Both the position numbers and the translations under genes were made by a program. DNA of 64,000 nucleotides from the human T2T-CHM13v2.0 reference genome, Homo sapiens. Positions 28,231-44,096 of this stretch are shown here, one piece after another. The stretch is taken from assembly GCF_009914755.1 (NCBI RefSeq), contig NC_060927.1. One strand, written 5' to 3'. How positions within the stretch are numbered: the stretch's first letter is position 1; every line of letters begins with the position of its first letter. The notes beneath the pieces are model-generated. The model was not told where the DNA came from, did no database searches, and saw only the letters and a program-made list of their open reading frames with translations.

Positions 28231-30042
28231 TACATTAATGCATTTTTCTTCTACTCTCTACTCTTAACTGATTTAAAAAGTGATCATATAAAACAGTGTA
28301 TATATAATGTCATTTGGGCCTATAACATATAGAAATGTAATATGTTTTCGCATACAGCAAAAAGGACATGGGTGGTATTAAAGTTGTACTGGGATAAGGA
28401 AATTACTCCAGATGATAATTCAAATCAACAGGAACTAATGAAGGAAGCCAGAAAGATAAGATAAATATTAACAAGAGCTATAAACATATAATTACTATCC
28501 TTTCTTAGCATTTTTGGAAGACATAAAATTATAGAAGGTCATAATTTATAACAATGCATTATGGAGTTTGTGATGTTTATTGATATGTATAACAGCAATA
28601 CCACAAAAAGGAGATAAAGGGAATAGAGCTATATAGGAGTAATGTTTCTGTGGCTCATTAGAATATAGTATAAATTCTTGCAGTTAAGATGTACATGGTA
28701 AGCTTAGAGCAACCACAAAGCAAATAAAAAGTAGTGAAAAATTATTAAAGTAAAATACTGTACTACCAAATATTCACTTCATGCAAAAAAAAAAAAAAAA
28801 AAAAAAAGTGAAGGAGGGATAGAGCCAAAAAAGGCATGAGATGGATAAGAAAAAAGGGAAAAAATGGCAGATGTAAATCTATATCAGTAATAATGTTATA
28901 TATGAATGGATTTAAAAAGTGTTAATATATTAAATAATCCAGTCAAAAGATGGAGATTGTAAGATTGGAGTAAAAATAAAAACACAAGATGCAACTATAT
29001 GTTGTCTTCAGGAGACATACCTTAGATTCAAATATACAAATAGATTGAAAGTCAAAGGATAAAAAAAGATAAATGAAGAGGAAAAGAGAGCTGGAGTACC
29101 AATACTAATATCAGACAAAATGGACTTTACGACAAACATTGGTATGAGAGGTAAAGCATGACATTTTATAATGATAAAAGGGTGAATCAATTAAGATAGA
29201 GCTATAAACATACATGCATTTAACAACAGAGCCCCAAAGTACATTAAGTAAAACCTGCCAGAAGTGAATACAGAAATAGACAATTGAACAATGGTAGTTG
29301 GAGACTTAAATACACAACTTTCAATCATGGATAGAACAATTAGGCAGAAGATAAGAAAATAGAAGACTTGAACACCTGCACCACCATATGCCAGTGAGAC
29401 ATAACAGACATCTATTAGGATACTCCATTTAACAACAGAATTTATGTTCTTCTCAAGTGCATGTGAACTATTCTCCAGGATAGACCTTATGCTAAGCTAA
29501 ACAAAACAAAAAGAAAAACAAAACCTTCATAAATTTAAAAGGATAGAAATAGTACAAAGTATGTTCTCCAGCTACATTAGATGAAATTAGAAGTGAAAAC
29601 AGAAAGAAATTTGGGAAACTCACAAATATGTGGAAGTTAGACAGTACATTCCTAAATAGTGAATGGGTCAGAGACTAAATCAAAAGGGAAATGCGTACTT
29701 TGAGATGAATGAAAATGAAGATTCAGCATACCAAAACTTACAGGATGTAGTAGCAAAAGCTAAATTTAGAGGAAAATTTATCGCTGTAAATGCCTATGTT
29801 TAAAAAAACAAAAACCAGATTTGAAGACAACTTTCCACTTAAAGATAATGGAAAAAGAAAAGCAAATTAAACCTAAAGCAAACAGAAGGAAGGAAATAAC
29901 GATTAGAACAGAAACAAATGAAATAGAGGATAGGAAAACAGTAGAGAAAAATCAACAAAACCAAAAGTTGGTTCTTTGAAAAAACTGACAAACCCTTAGC
30001 TAGATTGACCCAGAAAATAATTACTCAAATTAGAAATGAAGG

Positions 30043-30338
30043 GGCCAGGCACGGTGGCTCATGCCTGCAACCCCAGCACTTTGGAAGGCTGAGGTGGATG
30101 CATCACTTGAAGCCAGGAGTTCAAGACTAGCCTGGCCAACATAGCAAAACCCCATTTCTACTAAAAATACAAAAAATTAGCTGAGCATGGTGGCACGTGC
30201 CTGTAATCCGAGCTGCTCAGGAGGCTGAGGACAAGAATTGCTTAAAACGTGGGAGGTGGAGGTTGCAGTGAGCTGAGATCACACCACTGCACTCCACCCT
30301 GGGTGATAGAGCGAGGCTCTGTCTAAAAGAAAAAAGAA
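30043..30338 (+). mobile_element. AluS
   Basis: Full Alu; TSD agaaatgaa. Confidence 0.93.
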
Positions 30339-30649
30339 ATGAAAAGGATGGCATTTCTACTGACCTTCTAGAAATAAAAAGGATTATAAAGAATACTATA
30401 AACAACTGTCTCCCATTAAATTCAATAACTTTGATGAAATGGATAAATTCCTAGAAAAACACCAACTACTGGTAATGATGCAAGAAGATAATATGAATAG
30501 ATCTGTAAAAGCAAAAAGATTCAATTAGTAATAAAAACTACCCACAAAGAAAACTCCAGGCCCAGATACATTTACTGGTGATTTTTACCAAACAGTTAAT
30601 GAAGAGTTAATAACCAGTTATTTACAAACAGTTCCAAAAAAACAGTAAA

Positions 30650-30776
30650 GGGCCAGATGCTGTGGCTCACACCTGTAATCCCACCACTTTGGGAGGCCGA
30701 AGCAGGTAGATGGCTTGAGCTCAGGAGTTCAAGACCAGCCTGGACAATGTAGTGCAACACTGTCTCTACAAAAAAT
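30650..30776 (+). mobile_element. Alu left monomer (FLAM-like)
   Basis: Single monomer ending ctctacaaaaaa. Confidence 0.85.
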
Positions 30777-30936
30777 ACTTCCGTATTCTGTGAGGCCGGT
30801 ATCATACTAATACCAAAACCAGGCAAAGTCATCACAAAGAAAGTAAAATGCAGACCAATATATCTTATGAATATGGACACAAAAGTCCTCAGCAAAATAC
30901 AAGCAAACCCAATCCAGCAACGTATTTAAAAAATTA

Positions 30937-31227
30937 GGCCAGGCGCTGTGGTTCATGCCTATAATCCCAGCACTTTGGGAGACTGAGGCAGGAGGATCAC
31001 TTGTGCCCAGGAGTTTGAGACCAGCCTGGACAACATAGGCAGACCCCATCTCTACAAAAAATTTTTAAAAATTAGCGTGATGGTATGCATGTGTAGTCCC
31101 GGCAACTCAGGAGGCTGAGGTGGGAGAATCATTTGAGCCCAGGAGTTTGAGGCTGCAGTGAGTAATGATGACACCACTGCACTCCAGCCTGGGTGACAGA
31201 GCAAGACCATGTCTCTAAAAGAAAAAA
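30937..31227 (+). mobile_element. AluJ
   Basis: Full dimeric Alu. Confidence 0.92.
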
Positions 31228-31230
31228 TTA

Positions 31231-31561
31231 CAGTTATGTGCTACATAACAACATTTTGTCAGTGATAGACTGAATATATGGTGGTGATTTCAAAAGATTA
31301 TAATAGCATATTTTTACTGCACCTTTTCTATGTTTAGATACACAAATACTATTGTGTTACAGTAGTCTACAGTAGCCAGTACGATAACATGCTGCACAGG
31401 TTTGTAACCCAGGAGCAATAGGCTATACCATATAGCCTAGGTATGTATTAGGGTATACTATCTAGGTTTGTGTAAATACACTCTATGACGTTTGCACAGC
31501 AATATCACCTAATGACACATTGTTCAGAATGTATCCCCATTGTTAAAGGATGCATGACCTG
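31231..31561. mobile_element. Tigger3/MER7A-like DNA transposon MITE
   Basis: Terminal inverted repeats cagttatgtgctacataacaac ... gttaaaggatgcatgacctg; internal palindrome aggctataccatatagcct. Confidence 0.78.
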
Positions 31562-32827
31562 CATAAATCCTGACCAAGTGGGATTTATCTCAGGTGTGCA
31601 AGGTTGCTTTAACATCCAAAAATCAATTAATGTAATATATTGATAGAATAAGAAATGAAAAACACATGATTATCTCAATACATGCAGAAAAAGCATTTGA
31701 CAAAATTCAACAGCCTTTCATGGCAAAAAAACAAACAAACAAAAAAAAAACACTCAACAAACTAGGAATAGAAGGGAAGTTCCTCAACTTGATAAAAGTC
31801 CCTTATGGAAAACCCACAACTAACATTATATCTAATGGTGAAAGACAGGATGCTTTTTCCTAAGATCCAGGGACAAGACAAAGATGTCTGCTTACACTAC
31901 TTCTAGTCAACATTATACTGGAAGTTCAAGGCACAGCAGGCCGTTGGACAAGGACAATAAATAAAAAGGCATGTAGATTGCAAAGGAAGAAATAAAATAA
32001 CACCATTCACATATGACGTAATCTTTTATATAGAACATTCTAAGGAATCCACTGAAAAACTATTTGAGAACTAATAAATGAGTTCAGTGAGGTTGCAGGA
32101 TACAAGATTAATATAAAAAACAATTGTATTCTATACACTAACAATGAACAATCTGAAAATGAAATTAAGAAAACCCTATATACTGAAAACTTTAAAACAT
32201 AATTGAAAGAAACAACACCTACATTAATGACAAATAGTCTCATGTTCATGGATTGAAAGACAGTATTATTTACATGGTTGTACTTCCCAAATTAATAGAG
32301 AGATTCAGCACATTCTTTATAAAAATCCCGGCTTTTTTTGTAGAAATTGACAAGGTGATCCTAAAATTCATATGGAAATGCAAGGGATGGAGCATAGCCA
32401 AAATAATCTTGGAAAATCTTGGAAAAGTACAAAGTTGGAGGACTCACACTTCCAAACTTATTACCAACCTACAATTATCATGACTGTGTGGTTCTAGTTT
32501 AAGGATAGACACATAGATCAATGGAGTAGAATTGAGAGTACAGAAGTAAACTCACTATGGTTAACTAATTTTCAACAGTGATGCCAAGACAATGGTGAAA
32601 GAATAGTCTTTTTGACAAATGGTGCTAGGACAACTAGATACCACATGCAAAAGAATGAAGTTGGACCCCTACCTCAAAAAAAATATATAAATTAATTAAA
32701 ATGTATCAAAAACTTAACAACAAAACTATAAAACTTTTAGGAGAAAACATACATATAAATCTTTGTATAATCTTATATTAGGTTTTTAAGACTTAACACC
32801 AAAATCACAATGAAAAAAGAAAAAATA

Positions 32828-33123
<296 letters not shown>

Positions 33124-35094
33124 TAGATAAGGTGGACATCATCAAAGCTAAAAACTTTTTTGGAGACAAGTTCTTACAATGTTGCCCAGGCTGGTCTCGC
33201 ACTCGTCGGCTCAAACAATCCTCCCACCTCAGGCTCTAGAGTAGTCTGGATTACAGGCATGTACTACCTCACCCAATTCAAAATTAAAAACTTTGTTCTT
33301 CGAACGACACTATTAAGAAAATGAAAAGGCAACCGACACAATGGGAGAAAATACTTGTAAATCATATGTCTGATGAGGAACTAGTATCTAGAATATGTAA
33401 ATAACTGTTACAACTAAACGATAAAAAGACATAATCCAGTTTAAAAATGGAGAAAGGATTGGACTAGGCATTTTTGCAAAGAAGTTGTACAACTGGACAA
33501 TTAACACATGAAAAGATGTTCAACGTCATAGTCATTAGGGAAATACAAAGCAAAATTACAAGTAGATGCCACTTCATATGTATTAGGATGGTTAAAATTA
33601 AAAAGATAGACAATAACAAGTGTGGATGAGGATATAGAGAAATTGGAATCTCCATACTTTGCCAGTGGGGTTGTAAAATTATGCAGTCACTTTGGAAAAC
33701 AGTTTGGAAGTTCCTCAAAAAGTTAAAAAGAGTCACCATATGGCCCAGGAATTCTACTCTTAGGTGTACCCCGGAGAAATGCAAACATATGTCCACACAA
33801 AAATATGTGTATGAATGTAGCATTATGCAAAATAATTTATGAATAGCAGCATTATTCAAAGCCAAAAAGTGTAGACACCCAACTGTCCATCAGCTGATGA
33901 GTGGATAAATAAAATGTGGTATATCCATATAGTGTATTATTATTCAGCCATAAAAAGGAATAAAGTACTGATACATATAACAACATCTGTGAACCTTAAA
34001 AACATTATGCTAAATAAAAGAAGTCAATCACAAGAAGGTCACATATTAATCATTCTCTTTATATGGAATGTCCAGAATAGGCAAATCCAGAGAGACAGGA
34101 AGTAGATTAATGATTGATGGAGCTAGAGGAATGGAGGGAAATAGGCAGTGACTACTAATAGGTATAAGATTTCTTTTGGGGGTGATGAAAATATGGAATT
34201 AGGTATTTATGATTGTTGTACAACTCTGAGTATACGAAAAACTCCTGAATTGTGTGTTTTAAAAGTATTAATTTTATTGAATGTGGATTATATTTCAATT
34301 TTTAAAATCACTAATAAGTTCGATTATTACTTTGAAGACTTCCAGCTCTAGTAGTGATGGAGTAGGTAATTCAGACCACTAGTCCCACTGAGTACATGTA
34401 GAAAAGCTGAATGAAATGTATATATTCTATAGAATATATATGTCTGATCTAATATAGAATTTAATCAACTATAATCTTCCTGATATCTCTGGAGATCCAA
34501 CAAGATTACTAAGAATTAGTGGGATGCAGAGGAGGATGGAGGCCCAGAGAGATGAGCCCAGTGTTCAGAGCTACTTTTTCCTTTGGTGCTTTTACCCATT
34601 TTGGAGAGCGTCTCTCCAGCTTTGGTTTACTACCTCAGATTTTTGCACCCTAGGAATATGGGTGAACTTAGTTTTGAATCATATTGTTCTCTAAAATCGG
34701 AGTGAGGTGATTCCACTGTGCTAATGCTCCAAAGGTCCTGGTAGAAGCAATCAAATATCTTTCTTGGAAGAAGATAGTGTCATAAGCTTCAAATTATGTC
34801 TACAACAAGATTTTGAAAATAAAATGTTTGGCAAACAATCATAGATAATTAAGCACCTTAAGAGACTACACTACATGAACATAGACCATAAGAAACACGC
34901 ACACACACACACACGCACACATATGCACGATCTGATAGAAACAATGAAAGCCAGAAGACAACTTAATGATAACTTTGAAAGGATGAAAGAAAATAACTGC
35001 AAATGTAGAATTCTGTGCTTTACAAAATGAATGAAGTGAACAAAAAGAATGAAGTGGCAAGAATAGATATCCTTGTATTTTTGCTGATCCTGGT

Positions 35095-35280
35095 ATTAGC
35101 AGCGAAAACTTTCGGTCTCTAGGTTTTGCAGGTCATATGGCCTCTGTTAGTATAACACATGAAAGTAGCCATAGATGTTATATAAAAGAATGAGCGAGGC
35201 TGTGTTGCAATAAAACTTTATTTACAAAAATAGATGGTGGGCTAAATTTAGTCTGTGGGTCATAGTTTGCCAGCCTTTGC
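35095..35280. mobile_element. MER58A-like MITE
   Basis: gaaagtagccatag, caataaaactttatttacaaaaa and tagtttgccagcc motifs, shared with the 22123 copy. Confidence 0.72.
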
Positions 35281-35771
35281 TGTCTGCTAATCTTTGGCAC
35301 AAAGTTGACATAGCCTTGTGAAAATATGGTAAATATACTGATATCTTTATCAGGTAAAAGTAAAATGCTTCTGATTTTCTCTATTTATTAGGATAGAGAA
35401 AAATGTGTTACCAAATTAGTACCTACAACAGGTCAGAGAATGAATTGCTTTGTTCCATAAGAAGACTGCATTTGAAAAAGCACATGCAGTTGAAACCTAC
35501 AATCTGTCATCCTCCAAGACACATCCATTTTGGAGACTTATACTGGACAGTTAAATGGGAATATAATAGGAATTGCTACCTATACATCTTTTAAGACTTG
35601 GATGGTGGCACTGATCTCTGTAATTACCTTGATGATATTTGGATTGGGGGAGCTCAAAAACTTCCATTGGACCTTCCTTCTCTAATAGTTCTAATTCCAT
35701 GGGTCTGGCAGTCAATATTGCAAAATATATCCGTTCGTTAATAGACACTCAGGATTCAGGTATATAACCTA

Positions 35772-36262
<491 letters not shown>

Positions 36263-36274
36263 TCACAACTAGAA

Positions 36275-36581
<307 letters not shown>

Positions 36582-37213
36582 TAGAACTTATTTTAATATA
36601 ACTTTAAATTTACTTTTAATTCAGACCAAGCCTACATAATATTTTCTATGGTCCCCAAGTTAAAATATATTTTTATGTTTTGGAACTTCTAAATAAAACT
36701 ATTCAGTTTATTTTAGAATCTGTTTAATAGTTACTTGATAAACATCATTTTTCAGGGTTTTCCTCCCTCTGTTACAGTATCTTACTCTCAGTATCTTTTT
36801 TGTATTTCTTGACTTTTTTCTCTTTCTAATCTTTTGATCCTCTCCCCACAGTCTGGCATGAATGTTTTTATCTTGCCATACTTATTTTCTGAAGTCTACA
36901 GATGTTGTTCATGGGGTTAAAATATTAAATGAAGGGTACTGTGTTCTGCTTTTACTTCTTTTAAAACTGTTTATTATGGAAATTTTCAAAGTAAACAGAA
37001 TAGTATAAATAAACAGAATGGTATAATTAACTCTCATGTACTCAACTATAACAACGATATCAACATTTTGCCATTCTTTTTTCATCTGTACTTCTACCTA
37101 CTCCCCACTCATCCACTCACTAATTTATTTCTATATTTTTTTCTTGTTTAAGGGAGATTTACGTATATTAAAATGCACAAATCTTTGCTGTGTCCACCCC
37201 GTTTTAAAGTATA

Positions 37214-38330
<1,117 letters not shown>

Positions 38331-39084
38331 CCTTATCACAATATAGGACATTTCCATCTCCCCCGAAAAGTTTCTTTGTGTCCCTTTTCAGTCAATTTCC
38401 ACCATCCTCTAGACAACGACTGTTTTTATTTTTTTCCACTTGAACTTTGTTTTGTTCCAGAACTTTATATAAAAGAAGACTACATTGTGTGACTATTGTG
38501 TTCAGCTTCTTTTGCACAGCATGATGTCATACATACATGTTGCCTGTCTCAGTAATTTGTTCCTTTTTATTCCTGAGCGGTATTCCATTGTATGAATGTA
38601 CCACAATTTGTTTATTTATTCTCTTGCTGATGGACGTAAACTTGTTTCAGTTTTTGTTATTGCACATAAAGCTACGATGAACATTCATCCTTTTGTTGAC
38701 ATATATTTTCATTTCCCTTGAGTAAATATTAGGAGTGGAATTGATAGGTCAAAAGGTTGCCTGTTTAAGAAACTGCCAGTTTTCTGAAGTAGTTGTAAGA
38801 TTTTACTTTCCCAACAAGCAATTTGTGAGCATTTTGATTACTCAACATCTTCACCAACATTTAGTGTTGTTAGTCTTTTTACTTTTATGTTGTGCTTTAA
38901 AAAAAAAACTTCACAAAACCCTAAATTTAGGGTTTAAACTGATAGAAACACTTCTGTCAGTTTCTTTGACACTTGTATATTTTTCATCTATTTTATCATT
39001 TTCTAGAAAATTTGTCAGTTGCCTGAAAATGCTGCTCTGTTATGGCTGGTGCCCACAAGCCAAATAGATTTACTAATCTCTCTT

Positions 39085-39088
<4 letters not shown>

Positions 39089-39124
<36 letters not shown>
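39089..39124. repeat. (AC)n microsatellite
   Basis: Pure AC run of about 18 units. Confidence 0.96.
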
Positions 39125-39126
<2 letters not shown>

Positions 39127-39844
39127 CCCCTTCATAATCCAACAGGTATTTATCATTTTTTTTCTCTAAAGTATTATGCTAAATTTTGTGGAGGCATTTT
39201 TTAGAAATACAGTAAACACATTAACTGTACTCAGAATGAGAAAGGGAAATACAATCCAATAAGTAAAACACAAAGTAGAATGTGATACATGCTCCAAAAG
39301 AGGTAAGAAGGAAGACTCAGGTCTTGGAGCCTTGAAGGATATGCATGATTTTTACAGGTGGTGATGATAAAGAAGGGCCTCACTGATGAAAAGAATAGTG
39401 TGTTTTTGTGCCAGACTGTTAGTCTCATTCAGTCACACTTCAGTAATAAATTAGGCTCATTTAGATGGAACTGACTTGAAATTTCTCTCTTATCTTCCAC
39501 AGTCTGTTTCCCTAGGCATTGTGGGCATCTTTGAGATTTCGAATGGTACCATCTCTTTGAATCGTCATAAGGACTATTCTGGGACTTTGCTTCATCAATT
39601 ATTTTTCCTTTTTCTTGATTCTTCTATTTCATCTTCACTGAATTATTTCATTCCACCTATGTATGTATTCAAGTCTTCCTCCCTCCCTCCAACACTGTAA
39701 GAGAAAAAAGAATTATTTTCTCAATCCTATTATCTCTGTTAAGCTTTCATCCTGTTTTTCTCTCCTTTAACTTCAGTAGTATTCACTTAATGCTTCCACC
39801 TCTTAACATCGCCAGTTGTTCAACCTCTTGCAATCTGAATTTGA

Positions 39845-40010
39845 TAAGGAAAATGTGGTTCATATACACAATGGAGTACTGTTCATCCATGAAAAAGATG
39901 AGATCCAGTCATTCGCAACAGCATGGAGGGAACTGGAGATCATTAAGTAAAATAAGCCAGGCACAGAAAGACAAACATTGCATGTTCTCACTTATTTGTG
40001 AGATCTAAAA
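39845..40010 (+). mobile_element. L1MA fragment (end of ORF2)
   Basis: aaaatgtggttcatatacacaatggagtact ... catgttctcacttatttgtgaga. Confidence 0.82.
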
Positions 40011-43000
40011 AGCCCTCAACCACTTTTCTGGAAAAAAAAAAAAATTTTTAAGGAGAATCCTAGCATCTCCTGTTCAATAAGTCTAATACTTTTTACTTTA
40101 AGGTCAGATTTTTTTTGGCCTATCTATAGGCACTGTTAGCCATATCTTTCTTCTTGATGGTCTCTCCTTCCTAGGTTTCACTTGATTCTCCTGCATCTGC
40201 CTTCCCTGACTCTTCTTCCATCCCTTACTGACAGTGTTTACCAAGGATTTCCCTTGGCCTGCTTCTTTCTTTGACGCTCATTTAAACCTTTCCCTTCAGT
40301 TGCAGACCTCGTCTGCTTCTCCCAGCTATTCCATTCTTCAGTTGCTTGTTAAACACGGCCCACCATCACCTCAAATATGATGTTAAAATGTCCCCATTTT
40401 TTATCAAACTTAAGTTTCTTCCTGTGGATCTGTTGCTCAGTACTCTCATCTTTCCGATCACCTAGAGGTAAAACCTCAACATTTCTTTGAATTTTTTTCC
40501 CCCTTTTGTTTGCCACATCTAATTAGTTGCCAAGTCTAATAATTTTAACCTCCATGACATCTTACTTCTTTTTCCCCATTTCTTTTTTTTTTTTTAATTT
40601 TAGCTTTATTCTTTAATGAACTCCCAAGCACTCAGATTCCCATTTCTACTGTGACTATTCTGATTCAGGCCCTGATTTCAGTCAGTCTTTTGCAGTGACT
40701 CTCCCACAAACTTCCTAATGTAGAACTGTAGAAAGAGCATGGGCTCTGCAGTCAGATAGACCTAAGTGCTAATTGTGAAGATGGCCCTTCTGGCTGTCTG
40801 ACTTATAGAAAATAATTTAATCTTAATTGACAGATGAGAAAGTTTAGGCACAGAAAAGTTAGTCATTCCAGTTCAGTCACAGAGAAGTTAGTCATTTCTA
40901 CCTCATGAAGTATGCCATTCTGAAGGGTAAATGAGACAATGGGTGCTTAGTGAGAAGGTACTCAGAAAAATATTATTTCTCCCTCCCTTACTTTTGATCT
41001 CTTTACAACCCATTAATAGATTAATCTTCTTTAAGTATAACCTTCATCATATGAGAATCTTGTTCTTCAGTGGTTCCCCATTGTCTAATTTTCCATAATT
41101 CTTAGCCTAGAATTGTATACTATCAATTTGTGTCCACCTCCCTTTCTGACCTTATTTCTCCCCACTTGTCACAAACATCGCTTTGAGCCAAACCAAACCA
41201 CTAGCAATGCCCTATAGCAGAATGGCTGAGAACATGAATTCCAGAATCATCTAAATCCCAGTTCACGTACTTACTTTGTGCCCATGAGCAAATTATTTAA
41301 TGTCCCTAAACCTTTCCTATTCTGGGAGGGGTGGGGAGGGGGCGGGGTGGGGCAGAAAACCAGGATAATTATAGTGCCTACTGCATTGGGTTGTTGGAAG
41401 GATACAGTGAGACCAAGTATATAAAGCACTTGGTGCCTGGCGTGTTGAGAGCAGTCACTGTTGGTAGAAGTAGTAGTTGTTGATGCTGTTGTTACTCGTT
41501 TCTCCCATTTCCATCTCCATCACATTCACATTCTTTTCTCTGCGTGGAATGCATTTCTTCCCCTTTGTACCTGACTACATTTTATCTATCTTCAAAGCTC
41601 TTTCCTGGTTCTAGACCACCCTCCCCCTACTTTATCTTTCCACTTCATCATTCCTTGCCTCTTTTAGCTTAGAATGCTTATTACTTTCATATACTTATCT
41701 GTTTTATCTCTTTTATAAAAGACTAGAAGTGCCTTGAGGGCAGAATATGTAATTCAATTTTTGTATCTTCGAAAGCATAGCATCTTACACAGAACCATGC
41801 CAGAAAGTATTTACTGAATAAATATATTAATTTACTGTAACCAATAGCTCTTTGGTTCCTTTGGTTCTAAGGGGTTTATTCTTACTTCTTTAGGAACTTT
41901 TGCAGAGTCTCCATAAACCATTGGTACATTTTCAGAAACATTTAATTTTGTTATCAACATGCCATCCTTGGGTTCAAGAAGACTAAAGAAAAGACTTTAT
42001 AGGAGAAGGCAATAATAACAAAAGCAAAACAAAAACTGACCAGGTGACACTGCTTTGGATTCAGCAAAATTATTGTTTTTCTACACTGCCTCTTATTTGT
42101 TATTGTTACAAACATTCTACACCAAATATTATAGTACCTAGAATGGTGCCAAATTAAGCATTTTTGGATAATAGTGGATCTAAAATCTGTTTTACTGAAG
42201 TAAAAAAAATAACAAATAGTTAATACATTAAAATGTGATTAAATATCTAGTTCAGTTTGTTAAAATGAGAAATTATTAAGAAGTGTCACCTTCTTATGTT
42301 GTGGGCAGATGGAGTATTCTCTTGATAACTTCTCAAGGAACAAGCCACAGAACCTGGGAAGTGGGTGGGGGCGGAAGTGGGGGAATCTCTAGAATTTCTT
42401 CCCCACAGTGATTTGGCACAACGCCAGCTGTCCTTCAGCAAAGGTGTACTGTGTTCTTGTTAAAGGAGACTTATGCTTTTTAAAGGCTTTTATGCCTTTA
42501 AATGTATAGACGAATTAGATAGATTTTTAAATCGTGAATTTTTTTTTCTTTACTGATATAACACTTGGAAGCAATATTGAATAGTGACATTTAATTTTCT
42601 GTTGTCATATTACAATATCAAGGAAATTGATTGAGAGCAGGCAGCTTGGGCACCAGAGAAGTTTAAGAAAATGTTATATAAGCACTTTCTGCTGAACTTG
42701 GGGAATAAATACTTTTTTGTGATATGTAGATTCTTGTGTTTTTATAACTGTTTAGGGAAGATGTTCTGCTATAATGGCTGAATATAAGTTGCAGAGATTT
42801 AAACCCGCCCTTATATTAATGTTCCACCTCATTAACTTAATTGTTAGGGCGTTTACACTTCAGTGATTTAAATAAAATACTCTAAATGTGGTTCTGTTGT
42901 CTTTCCCTCTGTCTCCTGTTTGAGGTCTAGATGATTATGTATTTAGTTATGTGTTTTCATGTAGACCCTGTTGTTAATTCTATTAAGCGTAAGATGATGA

Positions 43001-43451
43001 TGAAGGGAAGCTATTGTATAACTTTTGTGCTGCTGCAGCCCTGGAAGATAAGGGAATGTATTTATGAAACTAAAATGGTCACTTATTCAGCTGGTGTTTT
43101 GTCATTTTTACCTTCCAGTGTTATTCAGAGGACCAGGAACTTCATAGCTATAAGACTCCATTCTGTTTTGGAGTTCAGATTGCTGATTATATATGAGCTT
43201 TCACATGTATCCAGTGATATTTATAGCCCTAGAACCCAGATAAGGCAAAGTTTTGCTTAAAAGTAAGCTATGTTTGTACTTAAAAATGTTTCCTAAGCAT
43301 TTTCAGAAAAAGTAGGATTATGCAATGAATTTCCAAGCAAAGTCACCTTTACAAATACTTTCACCTACCTGCAAATAGTAGACATATTTATGCAGTAAGG
43401 TTTTTTCTAAATGATTTACTGCCGGTTGTGAGCATCCCTTAGCACTGTCTA

Positions 43452-43775
<324 letters not shown>

Positions 43776-43980
43776 AGTTAATTTTTCAGGGAAATGAAGC
43801 TTTTATGTTGTCAAGCATTTTTCATTTTATAACAGTATTTAATTGTGAATATATGGTGTTAAATAATTCTATGAAGTATCTGCTTGACCCATTTAAGTTG
43901 AGCAGTGAATTTCTGTTTTACCTAAGTTCATCTTTGTGAGGTATTGGTGTTCATTTCTAACTATTTCTTTTATTTTCCAG

Positions 43981-44096
43981 CTCACCAGCGACTGGAACCA
44001 GCAACTCTGTCAGGGATTGTAGGATTTATCCTTAGTCTTTTATGTGGAGCTCTGAATTTAATTCGAGGCTTTCATGCTATAGAAAGTCTCCTGCAG
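43981..44096 (+). CDS. SEC22A: SEC22A exon 5 (first transmembrane segment)
   Basis: Acceptor tttcttttattttccAG, donor CAG|GTACTG. 116 nt, in frame. Encodes [39 protein letters not shown], with a hydrophobic stretch. Confidence 0.95.

Noticed and set aside
39360-39390. C box (GTGATGA) and D box (CTGA) motifs, also seen near 42994
   Set aside because: Spacing is wrong for a C/D snoRNA (too short here, too long at the other site) and there is no terminal stem.
43111-43140. 13-bp match (attcagaggacca) to the start of exon 4, next to an acceptor-like ccttccAG, suggesting a duplicated exon
   Set aside because: Similarity does not extend on either side. About one such match between the coding exons and 64 kb is expected by chance.
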